From: Clostridiales bacterium
GTDB lineage: Bacteria > Bacillota > Clostridia > Christensenellales > UBA1242
Assembly (NCBI GenBank): GCA_003524095.1
Contig: DOEE01000003.1
Coordinates: 532,303-596,302 of the forward strand
Reading direction: 5' to 3'
Length of the DNA: 64,000 bases
The notes under the pieces are model-generated. The model saw nothing but the letters and a program-made list of their open reading frames with translations, was not told the DNA's origin and searched no databases. Position numbers and translations under genes: made by a program. Each line of letters starts with the position of its first letter. The stretch's first letter is position 1. This document shows, in pieces, positions 1-11,818 of the stretch.

Positions 1-904
1 TAAAAATTGTAAAGACCTTACCAAGAGCCGAGTAACATTGTTCAACTGTATCCACCAAAATTCTTACAGCCAAAATATCCATTATTTGATTAAGTCTGTT
101 TTCTTTAAAATCGCCCTTATCTGCTAATTTTTTGAGATAATTATTTCTGCCATAAATATCGTTTATGGAACTTACTGCCATATTCTTGCTTTGTAGTTTT
201 TTGGCTATACTATAAATTTGTTTTTGTCTGCCATAAACTACGACATTAGGACAAATGGACAGCATTTCAACTTTGAGTTTGCTAATAACTTTTTTAATTT
301 GAGAGTTTCTCTCCTCGACATATTTGCTTAAAGTCGAAACAAGTTCACTATACATCTGTGGTTTGTAATACTTAAAAGTTGCATTACCAAAAGCATTTTT
401 TATTTGACTAAGTCCAAGCATTTGGCTAATTGGAAAATATATGTCAGTTACTTCCTTCATGTAACTAGACAATTCATTTTCCTCAAAACAATTCAAAAAA
501 TCCAGTTTTGTAAGTTCAATACAAAGTTTAATAATCATTACTCTTATATCTTTTGCAAGAGCGATAAACATTTTCTTGATATTTTCTAATTGTTCTTGGT
601 GAGTTGACAAATTTAAATTTTCAATTTTTTCAAGTCTTTCAAAGATGTTTTTAACGTCTTTAGACATAATTTTTGGGTCAATTTCAAGACTATTAGCCTT
701 ATAAACCGGATAAATAAGTCCAATTATAACTGACTCATAGTCAAGCTTTTGAGCCATAATATTTGTACCTATTTTTTCGGCAAACTCAATTGTATAAAGA
801 CCTTCTTTTTGATACAAATCTTTGAGATATTCATAAACTTTAGAAATTTTTTCAACGGAATTTTGGTCATAATATTTATTTAGAAGATTCAAAAACTCAG
901 GCAT
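1..904 (-). CDS. relA: Long RelA/SpoT-homolog (p)ppGpp synthetase, N-terminal ~300 codons only; the ORF runs off the left edge and is absent from the ORF track
   Basis: Hand translation from ATG 902-904, with an AAGGAG RBS upstream. It shows ENIKKMFIALAKDIRVMIIKL (HD-domain scaffold) and synthetase motifs GRQKQIYSIAKKL, DILAVRILV and CYSALG. It lies downstream of recJ as in Bacillus. Confidence 0.85.
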   Translation of the reverse strand, partial: MPEFLNLLNKYYDQNSVEKISKVYEYLKDLYQKEGLYTIEFAEKIGTNIMAQKLDYESVIIGLIYPVYKANSLEIDPKIMSKDVKNIFERLEKIENLNLSTHQEQLENIKKMFIALAKDIRVMIIKLCIELTKLDFLNCFEENELSSYMKEVTDIYFPISQMLGLSQIKNAFGNATFKYYKPQMYSELVSTLSKYVEERNSQIKKVISKLKVEMLSICPNVVVYGRQKQIYSIAKKLQSKNMAVSSINDIYGRNNYLKKLADKGDFKENRLNQIMDILAVRILVDTVEQCYSALGKVFTIF

Positions 905-916
905 AGTAACTCCTTT

Positions 917-3295
917 TTAAATGTTTATTAACTGACTTACGAAATTGTATATACTAGAATTTTCCAAGTTGCTTTTGATATTGTTAATATTAATAAGACC
1001 GTCTTCAAACTTGCAAATTCCCAATTCTTCCATAGTTAGCATAAAGAAATAAAATTCATTGTATTTTGCATTTTTATCTATAAAATTATGTCTTTTTAGG
1101 TTGTTAAAATAGGTTATTAAATCAGGCATTGGAGTTGCATTTTTGTAGGCTTTGACAGCAAGCATATTTTTTGCAAACACTTCACGACTGACATCAATTC
1201 CTTTGAACATATCCATATTAATCTTAGAATTAAGGGTATAAATTTTGTTAAATTTGTTAGATAGATGAGCAATATATCCCTCAACCAAAAAATTATCAAG
1301 GATAAAGATATTGTTATAGTCCTTTAAATTTATATCACTATTTGGTGCAAAAACAAAAGTATTTTCGCCACATGCGTTATGAATATCAAATAATTCATAG
1401 TTTTTGATACTAGGAATCAACTTGATAGCCTTAAAATATGTATCCATATCATAAATAAGAACTGCTGTTCCAAACAAAGATTTTGTACTCATATCATTAA
1501 TTCTTTTGATTGCACTATCAAAAGAAAGTTGTTTATATGACATAAATTCGCTTTTGCATTGAATGTACTTAAGTTCGGACAAATAATTTGCAGAAATAAT
1601 CTCGCTTTTGGTCGCTGTACTTAGTTTTGAGTAATTTACATGACGTATAAAACCAGTGATTTTTTCCTTGTTTGCAAATTTTTCTAGTGTTAGTTCAACT
1701 ATAACTTCTTTTGGACAATTAACACTCAAATTATAATAATATTCGCCCTTTCCAAATCCAATTAGATTTAAATTTCCTTGTTTTATTCTTAGATGTTGTG
1801 GATAATTTGACATTCTTGAAACGTTATTTTCAGTGAGTGCAAGTCTAAACATTGGTTTTTCATTTTTGAAACCACATGGCTCAAAAATGGATAATTGTTG
1901 CAAAAATTCCACCGATAAATCCATTTCTGAAATGTCTAAATCATAATATTTTTTGGTGAGTAACTCACTTTCGTTGATGTGAGTTAAAACATAATCATTT
2001 ATTCTATTTCTAAACTCTTTGAGATTTTTTCGCTCAATAGATAATCCACCTGCCTGATTATGTCCGCCAAATCTAATAAGCAAGTCACTAACCGATGTCA
2101 AAGCATCAAATATATTAACACCCGGAATACTACGGCAAGACCCCTTAAATTCGCCATCAACCATGCTTAGTAGACATACAGGCTTGTTGTATCTCTCTAC
2201 TAGTTTTGAACAAATTATTCCAAGAACACCACTCTCCCAAGTTTCATTATACAAAACTATCATACCAAGTCTAGAAACATTAGTATCTTCAAGCATTTCA
2301 CACGCAGACGCAAATATATTATTTGTTTCGACCACACGCTTGTCATTAAGTTCCACTAATAAATCAATATTCTCTTTAATCTGGGCATCATCATTTTTGA
2401 CATACAAATTAAATGAAATTATTGCATCTCCCATCCTTCCAGTTGCATTAATCTTTGGTGCAAGTTTAAAACTTATATCAGTACTGCTAAGCGGAAAACT
2501 AATTTTTAGTTCGGAACAAAGTTTTTTGAGTCCTTTTGGAAGTTGACTCTTTTGATTTTCTAACCCCAACTTGACAATTGCCCTGTTTTCATCCATGAGT
2601 GGCACAATATCTGCTACAGTTGCAAGTGTGGCTATTGTAGTATATTTGAGTGCTTCATTAAGCCCGCCCAAAGCATGAACAAGTTTGAGTGCAACACCAG
2701 CCCCACAAAGTTCCTTGAATGGATATAATTGGTCTTCAAGTTTCGGATTAATTATGAGTGTATTTGGAATAACACTTGGAATGTCGTGGTGGTCAGTTAC
2801 AATTATATCTATTCCAAGAGACTTGCAATAATCAATCTCATCAACACAAGTAATTCCACAATCGACAGTGATTATCAAATCAGGACTATACATAGATTTA
2901 ACTTTGTCCAAACTGTCTATTGTTAATCCATATCCATCAACAACCCTGTTTGGCAAAAATACATTTGTATCAACACCTATACTTTTGAAATACTTAAAAA
3001 GTATTGCCGAAGCACTAATTCCGTCAGTATCATAGTCGCCCATGATTAAAATTCGTTTTTTTGACATGATATAGTACTTAATTTTGTCAACAACTTCTTG
3101 CATGTTTTTAAGCAAGAAAGGATTGTATAGCGAAGATACCCCGCTATTTAAGTATTTGTCAATTTTGTCTTCGTTGTCTATTCCCCTAGCAAAAAGCAGT
3201 TTAACAATATCTTGACATAAGTTAAACTTTTGCGACATTCTCAAAATTTCTTTGTTATTAAATTCAATTCCTTCTGTTTTACTTACAAATTTCAT
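917..3295 (-). CDS. recJ: Single-stranded-DNA-specific exonuclease RecJ
   Basis: DHH-family motifs GDYDTDGISA, VTDHH and FGGHNQAGG. 792 aa. Sits in secDF-recJ-relA synteny. Confidence 0.93.
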   Translation of the reverse strand: MKFVSKTEGIEFNNKEILRMSQKFNLCQDIVKLLFARGIDNEDKIDKYLNSGVSSLYNPFLLKNMQEVVDKIKYYIMSKKRILIMGDYDTDGISASAILFKYFKSIGVDTNVFLPNRVVDGYGLTIDSLDKVKSMYSPDLIITVDCGITCVDEIDYCKSLGIDIIVTDHHDIPSVIPNTLIINPKLEDQLYPFKELCGAGVALKLVHALGGLNEALKYTTIATLATVADIVPLMDENRAIVKLGLENQKSQLPKGLKKLCSELKISFPLSSTDISFKLAPKINATGRMGDAIISFNLYVKNDDAQIKENIDLLVELNDKRVVETNNIFASACEMLEDTNVSRLGMIVLYNETWESGVLGIICSKLVERYNKPVCLLSMVDGEFKGSCRSIPGVNIFDALTSVSDLLIRFGGHNQAGGLSIERKNLKEFRNRINDYVLTHINESELLTKKYYDLDISEMDLSVEFLQQLSIFEPCGFKNEKPMFRLALTENNVSRMSNYPQHLRIKQGNLNLIGFGKGEYYYNLSVNCPKEVIVELTLEKFANKEKITGFIRHVNYSKLSTATKSEIISANYLSELKYIQCKSEFMSYKQLSFDSAIKRINDMSTKSLFGTAVLIYDMDTYFKAIKLIPSIKNYELFDIHNACGENTFVFAPNSDINLKDYNNIFILDNFLVEGYIAHLSNKFNKIYTLNSKINMDMFKGIDVSREVFAKNMLAVKAYKNATPMPDLITYFNNLKRHNFIDKNAKYNEFYFFMLTMEELGICKFEDGLININNIKSNLENSSIYNFVSQLINI

Positions 3296-3320
3296 ATCCT
3301 AACCTTTTTAGGCTACTACC

Positions 3321-3352
3321 AAATAACAAAAAGCCCCTTGGTAACAAAGGGC
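3321..3352 (-). terminator. Rho-independent terminator after secF; T-runs on both sides make it potentially bidirectional
   Basis: Minus strand GCCCTTTG-TTAC-CAAGGGGC followed by TTTTTGTTATTT, starting 8 nt after the secF stop. Confidence 0.7.
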
Positions 3353-3360
3353 TTTTTTTG

Positions 3361-4389
3361 TTAAACAACAATTTTTTCGTCAGTTTTTGATGTTTGTGTA
3401 GATTTCTTATTTTCAGCTTCAATTTTTCTTTTGAGAGTAGCGTCTTTGTCTTTTTTGTACCAAAAAGACCAAATACTAAATTCAAAGAAGTAAATGCCAA
3501 ATAATCCGACCATAAGTGAAACTATAATCGATAGCATTGTATAAATTAGAGTTGAATTTCCAAAGAACATTATTGCAAACAAAGACAAACTTAAAAGTGC
3601 AACAAAAATCATTATAGGTTTAATGGTGCGGGCATACGCATCATAAACCCTGTCAGCATTACTATATTTATTGTATTTTTCAACATTAAGATTTGACCTG
3701 ATATAATTGTTCAAGTAACTTGAAATTATAATTGTAGATATAGTCATAACAAAATATGATACAACAAAATAGTAATTAAATGGTATTCTAGCCACTATCA
3801 TTACAGTAAGTAGCATAGCAATTTCAAAGAGAATTGTCAATACAATTGACACACTTGCTGTCAAATTATATCTAATTGCATAATAGATAAATACAAATAG
3901 CATAATACATGCCAATGCCAAAACCGAGTATCCGATTAGCGATGAGACATCTTTTGGCAAGATTTTATAGGTGTCTGTTGTTGTAATTGTAACTGGACTG
4001 GTTAATTTGTCGCCAGTATTTTCTAGTAATTTTGTTTCAATTGTATTTTTGAGAGTTTCGATTTGAGTATCAAATTCTCCGTTTTCATTGGCAATTTTGA
4101 CAAGTAGTCCGTTTTGAGCACCATCACCAATTTTTTCAATTCTAAAATCAGTAAATTCAGATTTAACAAGGGTTTTTAGTTGTTTGGATAATTCCTTGTA
4201 TTCTGTATTAGTTACAGTTGTGTTAAATTTAACATCAAAAGAACTAACTGTTTTGAAGTCATAGTCATAATTAAGACCAAATACAAATCCAAAAATTATA
4301 GATACAACCAATAGGACAATAGGAATTAACATCCAATATTTAAATCTTGAAATAATATTCAATTTATTATTCGACTTCATCAATTTCAT
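3361..4389 (-). CDS. secF: Protein translocase subunit SecF
   Basis: Periplasmic-type loop followed by 5 C-terminal TM helices. Overlaps the end of secD. Start could be MKSNNK at 4380. Confidence 0.9.
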   Translation of the reverse strand: MKLMKSNNKLNIISRFKYWMLIPIVLLVVSIIFGFVFGLNYDYDFKTVSSFDVKFNTTVTNTEYKELSKQLKTLVKSEFTDFRIEKIGDGAQNGLLVKIANENGEFDTQIETLKNTIETKLLENTGDKLTSPVTITTTDTYKILPKDVSSLIGYSVLALACIMLFVFIYYAIRYNLTASVSIVLTILFEIAMLLTVMIVARIPFNYYFVVSYFVMTISTIIISSYLNNYIRSNLNVEKYNKYSNADRVYDAYARTIKPIMIFVALLSLSLFAIMFFGNSTLIYTMLSIIVSLMVGLFGIYFFEFSIWSFWYKKDKDATLKRKIEAENKKSTQTSKTDEKIVV

Positions 4390-5653
4390 CCCCCCTTACA
4401 AAGTTCACTTTCTTTTCGTTTCTAAGATTGAAAGCTGTGTAATCAACTGCAAGAACTTTGTTTAAGAACAAGCTAGTAAACGCAGTTGCAGGAATTGTAA
4501 TTACAAAGTTAAGTGCCATAATTCTAATTGCATTGCTTGGAACAATCATAGTTAGTAGTACTGTTCCAGTTGTAATTAGTAGCACGTCCAAAATATTAAA
4601 TAATGCAGGTTTGTATGCTGAAGTAAATGAAACTATGAATTTCTTGCCCATTGCATATTCTTTTTTAACTCTGTTGAGATAGAACATGTGAAGGAAGTAA
4701 TTGAATACAAATCCCAACATAAATCCAATCCAGCCAGCAAATGTAACTTGCATATCACATAGTGCCGAAATAATAACACTAACCATAAGGGCAAAAATAT
4801 AAGAAAGCATTGAAACCAAGCCCAATTCTCTAAATAATATAACGCCAATTATAACACAGGCAATAACTATAACAACAGTTGTAACATAAATTGCAATCTT
4901 AGTCGCATTTCCAAAAGTGCCTTTGACTTCAATCGGGTCAAGTTCAGTCGACATATTAACACCAATAAGTGAACTTTCTAACTTTCTAGCATATTCTTCG
5001 CCAGTTTTTTTGTTAGTAATTCCCGAACCCGAGATAAAAGTGTATCCATAACTATTTTCTTCGGTTACTTTTGGTTCTGAGAAAGCATTCTCATAGTCTT
5101 TGTCCATGTAAATATACATGGTTTGTTTGTCCGAACTTGCAACTTCTTTTGTAAGTTTTGCAAATTTTTCCTTGCCCTTTTCGGTAAACTCAATATAAAC
5201 GCCATGAGTAGTTCCGCTAAGCATATACTTAACACTAGCAATATCTTGACCTGTTACTTTTGCCTCGGCATCTTTACCCGATTCAGACTTCATCTCAATA
5301 AGTCCAACCAAGTAGTTTTTGTTAATAGAAGTATCAGGAACTTCGATAGTTATTTTGTTGTCCGAACACAAATATACTTTGGCATCAGAATAGTTTAGGT
5401 CTAGTAAGTATTGGATTCTTTCAACTGTTTTGTTGTAAGCGTCCATTTTGTTGCCTTCGTACCAGTCTGCAACTTCCAAATTGTAAGTATTTTTTATTCC
5501 ACCATTAAGTTCCAAACCCATATGCAAATTGCCAATACCTAAGTAGTTGTAATTTGTTCCGGGAACAGGAAATGAAATAAATGTTAAAAGTAAACTCAAA
5601 ACAATAAAAATACTAACAAGTACATAATTTCTAATTGCTCTTTTTTTCTTCAT
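4367..5653 (-). CDS. secD: Protein translocase subunit SecD
   Basis: N-terminal TM helix, large extracytoplasmic domain, and a C-terminal 5-TM SecD/SecF core. Adjacent to and overlapping secF. Confidence 0.9.
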   Translation of the reverse strand: MKKKRAIRNYVLVSIFIVLSLLLTFISFPVPGTNYNYLGIGNLHMGLELNGGIKNTYNLEVADWYEGNKMDAYNKTVERIQYLLDLNYSDAKVYLCSDNKITIEVPDTSINKNYLVGLIEMKSESGKDAEAKVTGQDIASVKYMLSGTTHGVYIEFTEKGKEKFAKLTKEVASSDKQTMYIYMDKDYENAFSEPKVTEENSYGYTFISGSGITNKKTGEEYARKLESSLIGVNMSTELDPIEVKGTFGNATKIAIYVTTVVIVIACVIIGVILFRELGLVSMLSYIFALMVSVIISALCDMQVTFAGWIGFMLGFVFNYFLHMFYLNRVKKEYAMGKKFIVSFTSAYKPALFNILDVLLITTGTVLLTMIVPSNAIRIMALNFVITIPATAFTSLFLNKVLAVDYTAFNLRNEKKVNFVRGDEIDEVE

Positions 5654-5771
5654 TTATTGCTCCAAAAATATAAAAGTCATTTATAATTAATAATTGCCAA
5701 TATTATTAATTTCAAGACATTATAATCAAAAAAATAATTAATACTATGCAAAACTTAATTAATCACATACA

Positions 5772-5801
5772 ATTATACAATATATTCCAAAAATAAGTCA
5801 A
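5772..5801 (-). promoter_or_regulatory. Candidate sigma-A promoter for secDF
   Basis: Minus strand TTGACT (5796-5801), 18-nt spacer, TATAAT (5772-5777). Implies a ~110-nt 5' UTR. Confidence 0.4.
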
Positions 5802-5877
5802 TTCATTTTGGGTCAAATTATCCTAAAAATACTTGATTTTTTAATTATATTTTTTAAAAGCAAATTTTTTTTAATTT

Positions 5878-5912
5878 AAAAAAAAATTCTTTGAGTCATA
5901 TTCTCAAAGAAT
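5878..5912 (-). terminator. Rho-independent terminator downstream of the yrzE-like gene
   Basis: 10-bp perfect stem ATTCTTTGAG/CTCAAAGAAT with a 7-nt loop, followed on the minus strand by a run of 8 T. Confidence 0.7.
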
Positions 5913-6016
5913 TAATTAATTTTTTAATTAATTTTTATTATGTTTGTTTTAATTTTTGATTACTAGATGACAAAACAATTAAATCTTAAAACAAAATTAT
6001 TATTTATAAAATTTGA

Positions 6017-6403
6017 TTATTTTTTGATATTAACAAGAATAATTCCAATAAGACCACTTGCAAAAGTTGTTAACAAAAAGTCATACAAATTTTTGATACT
6101 TATTGAAAATTTTGCTTGTAGAATACTAAATATTACAAAACTAAGCAAATAATAAATTATACCTAAAATTAGCCCTTTTACAAAGCCTTTTTCTTTGTCT
6201 TTGAGCATTATAGACAGCCCTAATGTTAGACTTATAACTTTGATTACTTGATTAATAGGAAAAATCCAACTGTCTGAGATATTCAAAAATCTAACAAGTA
6301 CAGCAAATAGCAAAATTAAAATAAGTGTTGCAGATAAAGCAACCAAAGCACCTTTTAAATAATTTAAAAATGTATTTTTATTTTTTGTTCCTTCCAAATT
6401 CAT
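6017..6403 (-). CDS. Small 4-TM membrane protein, YrzE/TIGR04086-like
   Basis: Start moved to ATG 6401-6403 (MNLEGTKNK) behind a GGAAGG RBS. Four hydrophobic helices. Occupies the yrzE slot next to yajC as in B. subtilis. Confidence 0.6.
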   Translation of the reverse strand: MNLEGTKNKNTFLNYLKGALVALSATLILILLFAVLVRFLNISDSWIFPINQVIKVISLTLGLSIMLKDKEKGFVKGLILGIIYYLLSFVIFSILQAKFSISIKNLYDFLLTTFASGLIGIILVNIKK

Positions 6404-6501
6404 ATTATACCTTCCAAATTTTACTTCAAAAGAATATATGAAATTAAAAATTACTTTATGATAAAAAACAAAAAGACTTGCAGTATTGCAAGTCAAATTA
6501 A

Positions 6502-6993
6502 TTATTTTGTGGATTTTTTAGTTGATTTTTTTGCAGTTGTTTTTTTGGCTGTTGCTGGTTTTTCTTTTGGCTTTTCAGTTTCTTTTTCAACTGGAGTTTC
6601 AACTTGTTCTTCAACCTTTTCTTGTTTTTCAACTTTTTCTTCGCTAACCTTTTCGCTAGTCTTGTCTGCTACAACCGAAGATTTGTTGTCAATTCCACCA
6701 ATTGCATTGATATGAATTGTCATGGTTGTTGGATTTTTTGAGTTTCCAGTAATAATTGTAACAACTTTGCCGTCTGTTGTTTCTTCGATGCTTTCAACAA
6801 CACCATAAACACCAGCAGTGGTTATAATCTTTGTGCCTTTTTTGATTGTATTATTTAGTTCGTTACGAGCATTAGCTTCCTTTTTTTGTCTTAGATAAGT
6901 TGGAACTAGTAATGCAATAGCAAGTACAATAAGAACCAAAATTATCCAGTTTTTGCTAAACCAGTCACCAAATGCAGATAATAATAAATTCAT
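6502..6993 (-). CDS. yajC: Preprotein translocase subunit YajC with a long Lys/Glu/Thr-rich C-terminal tail
   Basis: Start moved to ATG 6991-6993 behind a GGAGAAAAAAA RBS. TM helix plus YajC core GTKIITTAGVYGVVESI. The last ~65 aa are low complexity (EKVEKQEKVEEQVETPVEKETEKPKEKP...). Confidence 0.85.
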   Translation of the reverse strand: MNLLLSAFGDWFSKNWIILVLIVLAIALLVPTYLRQKKEANARNELNNTIKKGTKIITTAGVYGVVESIEETTDGKVVTIITGNSKNPTTMTIHINAIGGIDNKSSVVADKTSEKVSEEKVEKQEKVEEQVETPVEKETEKPKEKPATAKKTTAKKSTKKSTK

Positions 6994-7131
6994 TTTTTTC
7001 TCCTTAATTTTAATTTTTGAAATCATTTAAAAATTTAAGCAATTTCATTATTTTTTTGACATAATTATTATATCAAATAACTTTTCAAAAAACAAACAAA
7101 AAATTATCAAAATTTATCTATTTTTGTAAGT

Positions 7132-8495
<1,364 letters not shown>

Positions 8496-8503
8496 AAAAT
8501 TCC

Positions 8504-9556
8504 TCAAATAAGCAGAGTCGCATCACCAAAACTAAAAAACCTATATTTTTCTTTGACAGCAGTATTATACATATTCATAGTTTCATCAAATCCAATAAAT
8601 GCGGAAACTAGCATAATAAGTGTACTTTCGGGTAAATGAAAATTGGTTATTAGTCCATCAACCATTTTGAATTTATAACCCGGATAGATAAAAATATCCG
8701 TTTCTTTTTGACATGCATGAATTATCCCGTTATTGTCAGTTGCACTTTCCAAAACTCTAACCGATGTCGTTCCAACTGCAATAATACGTCTACCTTCACG
8801 TTTTGCATTATTAAGTTTGGTTGCATTTTCGCTTGTTACTTCAATATATTCGCTATGCATTTTGTGTTCCAAAATATTATCTTCGTTTACTGGTCTAAAT
8901 GTTCCCAATCCAACATGTAATAATACTTCGATAATTTCAACACCCTTAGCCCTAATTTTTTCCAAAAGTTCGTTTGTAAAATGAAGCCCTGCAGTTGGAG
9001 CAGCACTACTTCCTGTGATTTTGTTATAAACTGTTTGGTATCTTTCTTTGTCTTTGTATTGTTTGTGAATATATGGTGGAAGTGGCATAACCCCACATTT
9101 TGAGATTATGTCTTCAAAGACACCATCAAACTCAAACTCAATTATTTTTCCGCCAAAATCTGTATCAGACTTGATTTTTCCTTTGAGATTTTCGGAAAAT
9201 ATAATTTCTGTGCCTACTTTAAGTCTTTTACCCGGCTTTGCAAGAGTTTCCCAAGTGTTTAAATCAATTCGTTTGAGAAGTAATACTTCAATTTGTGCCC
9301 CACTTTCTTTTTTTCCATAAAGACGAGCCGGCAATACTCTTGTGTTGTTTACAACCAAAACATCTCCGGGCTTGAGATAATCTAGTACATCTCTAAAAAT
9401 CTTGTGTTCAATCTCTCCGCTTGACTTATGATAAACAAGTAGTCTTGACGAATCTCTTGGTTCGGCTGGAGTTTGAGCGATGAGTTCTTCGGGTAAATCA
9501 TAAAAGTATGATTTGGTATTTAATAAGTCTACATTTCCTTTATTCATTATCTTCAC
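8504..9556 (-). CDS. queA: S-adenosylmethionine:tRNA ribosyltransferase-isomerase
   Basis: Motifs [17 protein letters not shown] and [10 protein letters not shown]. 350 aa. TGA stop. Confidence 0.95.
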   Translation of the reverse strand: MKIMNKGNVDLLNTKSYFYDLPEELIAQTPAEPRDSSRLLVYHKSSGEIEHKIFRDVLDYLKPGDVLVVNNTRVLPARLYGKKESGAQIEVLLLKRIDLNTWETLAKPGKRLKVGTEIIFSENLKGKIKSDTDFGGKIIEFEFDGVFEDIISKCGVMPLPPYIHKQYKDKERYQTVYNKITGSSAAPTAGLHFTNELLEKIRAKGVEIIEVLLHVGLGTFRPVNEDNILEHKMHSEYIEVTSENATKLNNAKREGRRIIAVGTTSVRVLESATDNNGIIHACQKETDIFIYPGYKFKMVDGLITNFHLPESTLIMLVSAFIGFDETMNMYNTAVKEKYRFFSFGDATLLI

Positions 9557-10592
9557 TTTCTACAAATAATTTTAAATATTCTTGATTTTTTGCTGTTAAT
9601 TTTTTGCCAAGATGCTTGTAAGCCTTTGGAAGTACAACCCTACCCCTAGGAGTTCTCGCTATAAATCCAAGTTGAATAAGATAAGGTTCATAAACATCTT
9701 CAATTGTATTTGCGTCTTCGCCAGTTGCCGCACCCAATGTATTAAGACCCACTGGGCCACCATGAAACTTGTCTATAATAGTTTCAAGCAAAATTCTATC
9801 CGTAAAGTCAAGTCCCAAATCATCAACTTCCAATATCTCTAAGGATTTTTTACATATTTCATTAGTAATTCTTGGACTTCCTTCTACTTCGGCAAAATCT
9901 CTAATTCGTTTGAGAAGCCTATTGGCAATTCTTGGAGTTCCACGACTACGTTTTGCTAGTTCCATACACGCATCTGCATCAATTGGTGTTCCCAAAATAT
10001 TGGCACTACGACTAATAATTTTTCCAAGTTCTTCGGGAGTATACATCTCTAACCTACAAACAACACCAAATCTATCTCTAAGTGGACCAGTAAGCATGCC
10101 CGCCTTAGTTGTTGCACCAATCAAAGTAAATGGTTCAACATTAATTCGCATAGTTCTTGCACCCGGACCTTTGCCCAAAATTATATCTAATGCAAAATCT
10201 TCCATGGCTGGATACAAAACTTCTTCGACAGACCTACTTAGTCTATGAATTTCGTCAATAAACAAAACTTCGTTACGTTGCATATTGCTAAGAATACTAG
10301 CAAGGTCAGCAACTTTTTCAATCGCTGGTCCACTTGTAATTTTGATGTTAGTCCCAAGTTCATTTGCAATTATATGCGAAAGTGTTGTTTTTCCAAGTCC
10401 CGGCGGTCCATACAAAAGTACGTGGTCAAGAGCATCTCCCCTATGTTTAGCAGCCTTAATATATACATTCAAATTCTTTTTGATTTTTTCTTGTCCAACA
10501 TAATCTTCCATTGATGTCGGTCTAAGAGTATTTTCAACTTCGCTTTCACTCAAGTTTTTGGTCGAAGTTATAAATCTTTCTTCGTCTTCCAT
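9540..10592 (-). CDS. ruvB: Holliday junction branch migration helicase RuvB
   Basis: Walker [10 protein letters not shown], Walker B FIDEIHRL, and [11 protein letters not shown]. Confidence 0.97.
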   Translation of the reverse strand: MEDEERFITSTKNLSESEVENTLRPTSMEDYVGQEKIKKNLNVYIKAAKHRGDALDHVLLYGPPGLGKTTLSHIIANELGTNIKITSGPAIEKVADLASILSNMQRNEVLFIDEIHRLSRSVEEVLYPAMEDFALDIILGKGPGARTMRINVEPFTLIGATTKAGMLTGPLRDRFGVVCRLEMYTPEELGKIISRSANILGTPIDADACMELAKRSRGTPRIANRLLKRIRDFAEVEGSPRITNEICKKSLEILEVDDLGLDFTDRILLETIIDKFHGGPVGLNTLGAATGEDANTIEDVYEPYLIQLGFIARTPRGRVVLPKAYKHLGKKLTAKNQEYLKLFVESEDNE

Positions 10593-10606
10593 AATTCTCC
10601 TAAAAA

Positions 10607-11197
10607 CTATTTATTCATATTCCTAAGACTTTTCTTAACAATATCTTCGGCAGTATCATTAGTCACAGCAACATTTTTGACAACCGACGTTGCATCAAAT
10701 CTAGTAAGTCCCATTGCAACAAGAGTATCAATCGCTTCTTCAATTGCCGAACTATTTGTTGATGCATTTCGTGGACTAAGCATAGATAATTGCAAGTCAT
10801 CAAAACTATTTTTGAGTTCAACGACAAGTCTTTCGGCTGTCTTTTTTCCAAGTCCTTTGATACTACTAAGCAGTCTAATATTTTCAGTTACAATTGCTTC
10901 GATTAAATCAGCCACCGGCATAGCAGACAAAATTACAATTGCCATTTTGCCACCAATACCACTCACGCTTGTGAGTTTCAAAAAGGCAGATTTTTCTTCA
11001 CGACTAGCAAACCCAAATAGCGTAATAGCATCTTCCCTAACCGCCATATAAGTATAAATTGTAGCCATTTCGCCTATATTTGGAAGTTCATAAATTGTAG
11101 TATCACTAACATTAACTTCAAAGCCAACTCCGTTACAATTAATAACTGCTATATTATTATCTTTTTCTTCCAAAACTCCTGTCAAAAATGCAAACAT
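10607..11197 (-). CDS. ruvA: Holliday junction DNA helicase RuvA
   Basis: OB N-domain and HhH motifs VSGIGGKMA and [12 protein letters not shown]. ruvA-ruvB order. Confidence 0.93.
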   Translation of the reverse strand: MFAFLTGVLEEKDNNIAVINCNGVGFEVNVSDTTIYELPNIGEMATIYTYMAVREDAITLFGFASREEKSAFLKLTSVSGIGGKMAIVILSAMPVADLIEAIVTENIRLLSSIKGLGKKTAERLVVELKNSFDDLQLSMLSPRNASTNSSAIEEAIDTLVAMGLTRFDATSVVKNVAVTNDTAEDIVKKSLRNMNK

Positions 11198-11222
11198 AAT
11201 TTCTCCAATTCTTTGTAATTAT

Positions 11223-11717
11223 TTAGTGAATATCCGTTCCAGACAAAAGCAAATTTGTCTGACTATGTGTGAGAGCTACCGCTAATCCGTCGGCAGCATC
11301 ATCAGGACGTGGTATAGTTTTGAGATTAAGAATTGCCTTAACCATAAACTGAACTTGTTGTTTATCTGCTCTACCATTACTAGTCAAAGCTTGTTTAATT
11401 TGCAAAGGTGTATACTCATAAAGTTTAAGATTTTTGTGAATACAAGCAAGTAGAATTACCCCCCTAGCTTCAGCGACAGAAATTCCAGTAGTTGTATTTG
11501 TATTAAAAAACAATTCCTCAAGTGCAACATGTTCGGGTTTAAATTTATCAATAAGAGCACACATTCCGTCATAAATTTTTTGAAGTCTAACAGGCAAAGT
11601 ATCTTCTTTTGGAGTTGTAATTACACCATAATCAATAACATCAGTTTTATATTTGCCTTTTTCAATAACACCAAATCCCACAATTGCAAGACCGGGGTCA
11701 ATACCAAGTATTACCAT
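11223..11717 (-). CDS. ruvC: Crossover junction endodeoxyribonuclease RuvC
   Basis: ILGIDPGLAIVGFGVI N-terminus and DAADGLAVALTH C-terminal motif. Confidence 0.93.
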   Translation of the reverse strand: MVILGIDPGLAIVGFGVIEKGKYKTDVIDYGVITTPKEDTLPVRLQKIYDGMCALIDKFKPEHVALEELFFNTNTTTGISVAEARGVILLACIHKNLKLYEYTPLQIKQALTSNGRADKQQVQFMVKAILNLKTIPRPDDAADGLAVALTHSQTNLLLSGTDIH

Positions 11718-11780
11718 AAGTTCTCCTAATACAAAGTAGTATAACTATTTATCCAAAATAAGTCAAACAAATGTTTTAGA

Positions 11781-11813
11781 AACAACAAAAAATATGCAAA
11801 ATTAATTGCATAT
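11781..11813 (-). terminator. Rho-independent terminator after the yebC-like gene
   Basis: Stem ATATGCAA/TTGCATAT followed on the minus strand by TTTTTGTTGTT. Begins 6 nt after the stop. Confidence 0.65.
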
Positions 11814-11818
11814 TTTTT

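Noticed and set aside
5967-6152. A 61-aa plus-strand ORF starting in the AT-rich spacer and running into the yrzE-like gene; also the 404-589 ORF inside relA.
   Set aside because: Neither has an RBS. Both overlap better-supported minus-strand genes and have low-complexity composition.
9769-10248. Long plus-strand ORFs antisense to conserved genes. Examples are 9769-10248 in ruvB, 49239-49727 in hslU, 51912-52352 in topA, 31692-32150 in infB, 61918-62322 in glpA-like, 2163-2546 in recJ and 10677-11051 in ruvA.
   Set aside because: Each lies entirely inside, and antisense to, a gene with unmistakable conserved motifs. Their translations are Ser/Leu/Ile/Phe-rich low-complexity strings typical of antisense frames in AT-rich DNA, and none has a recognisable RBS.
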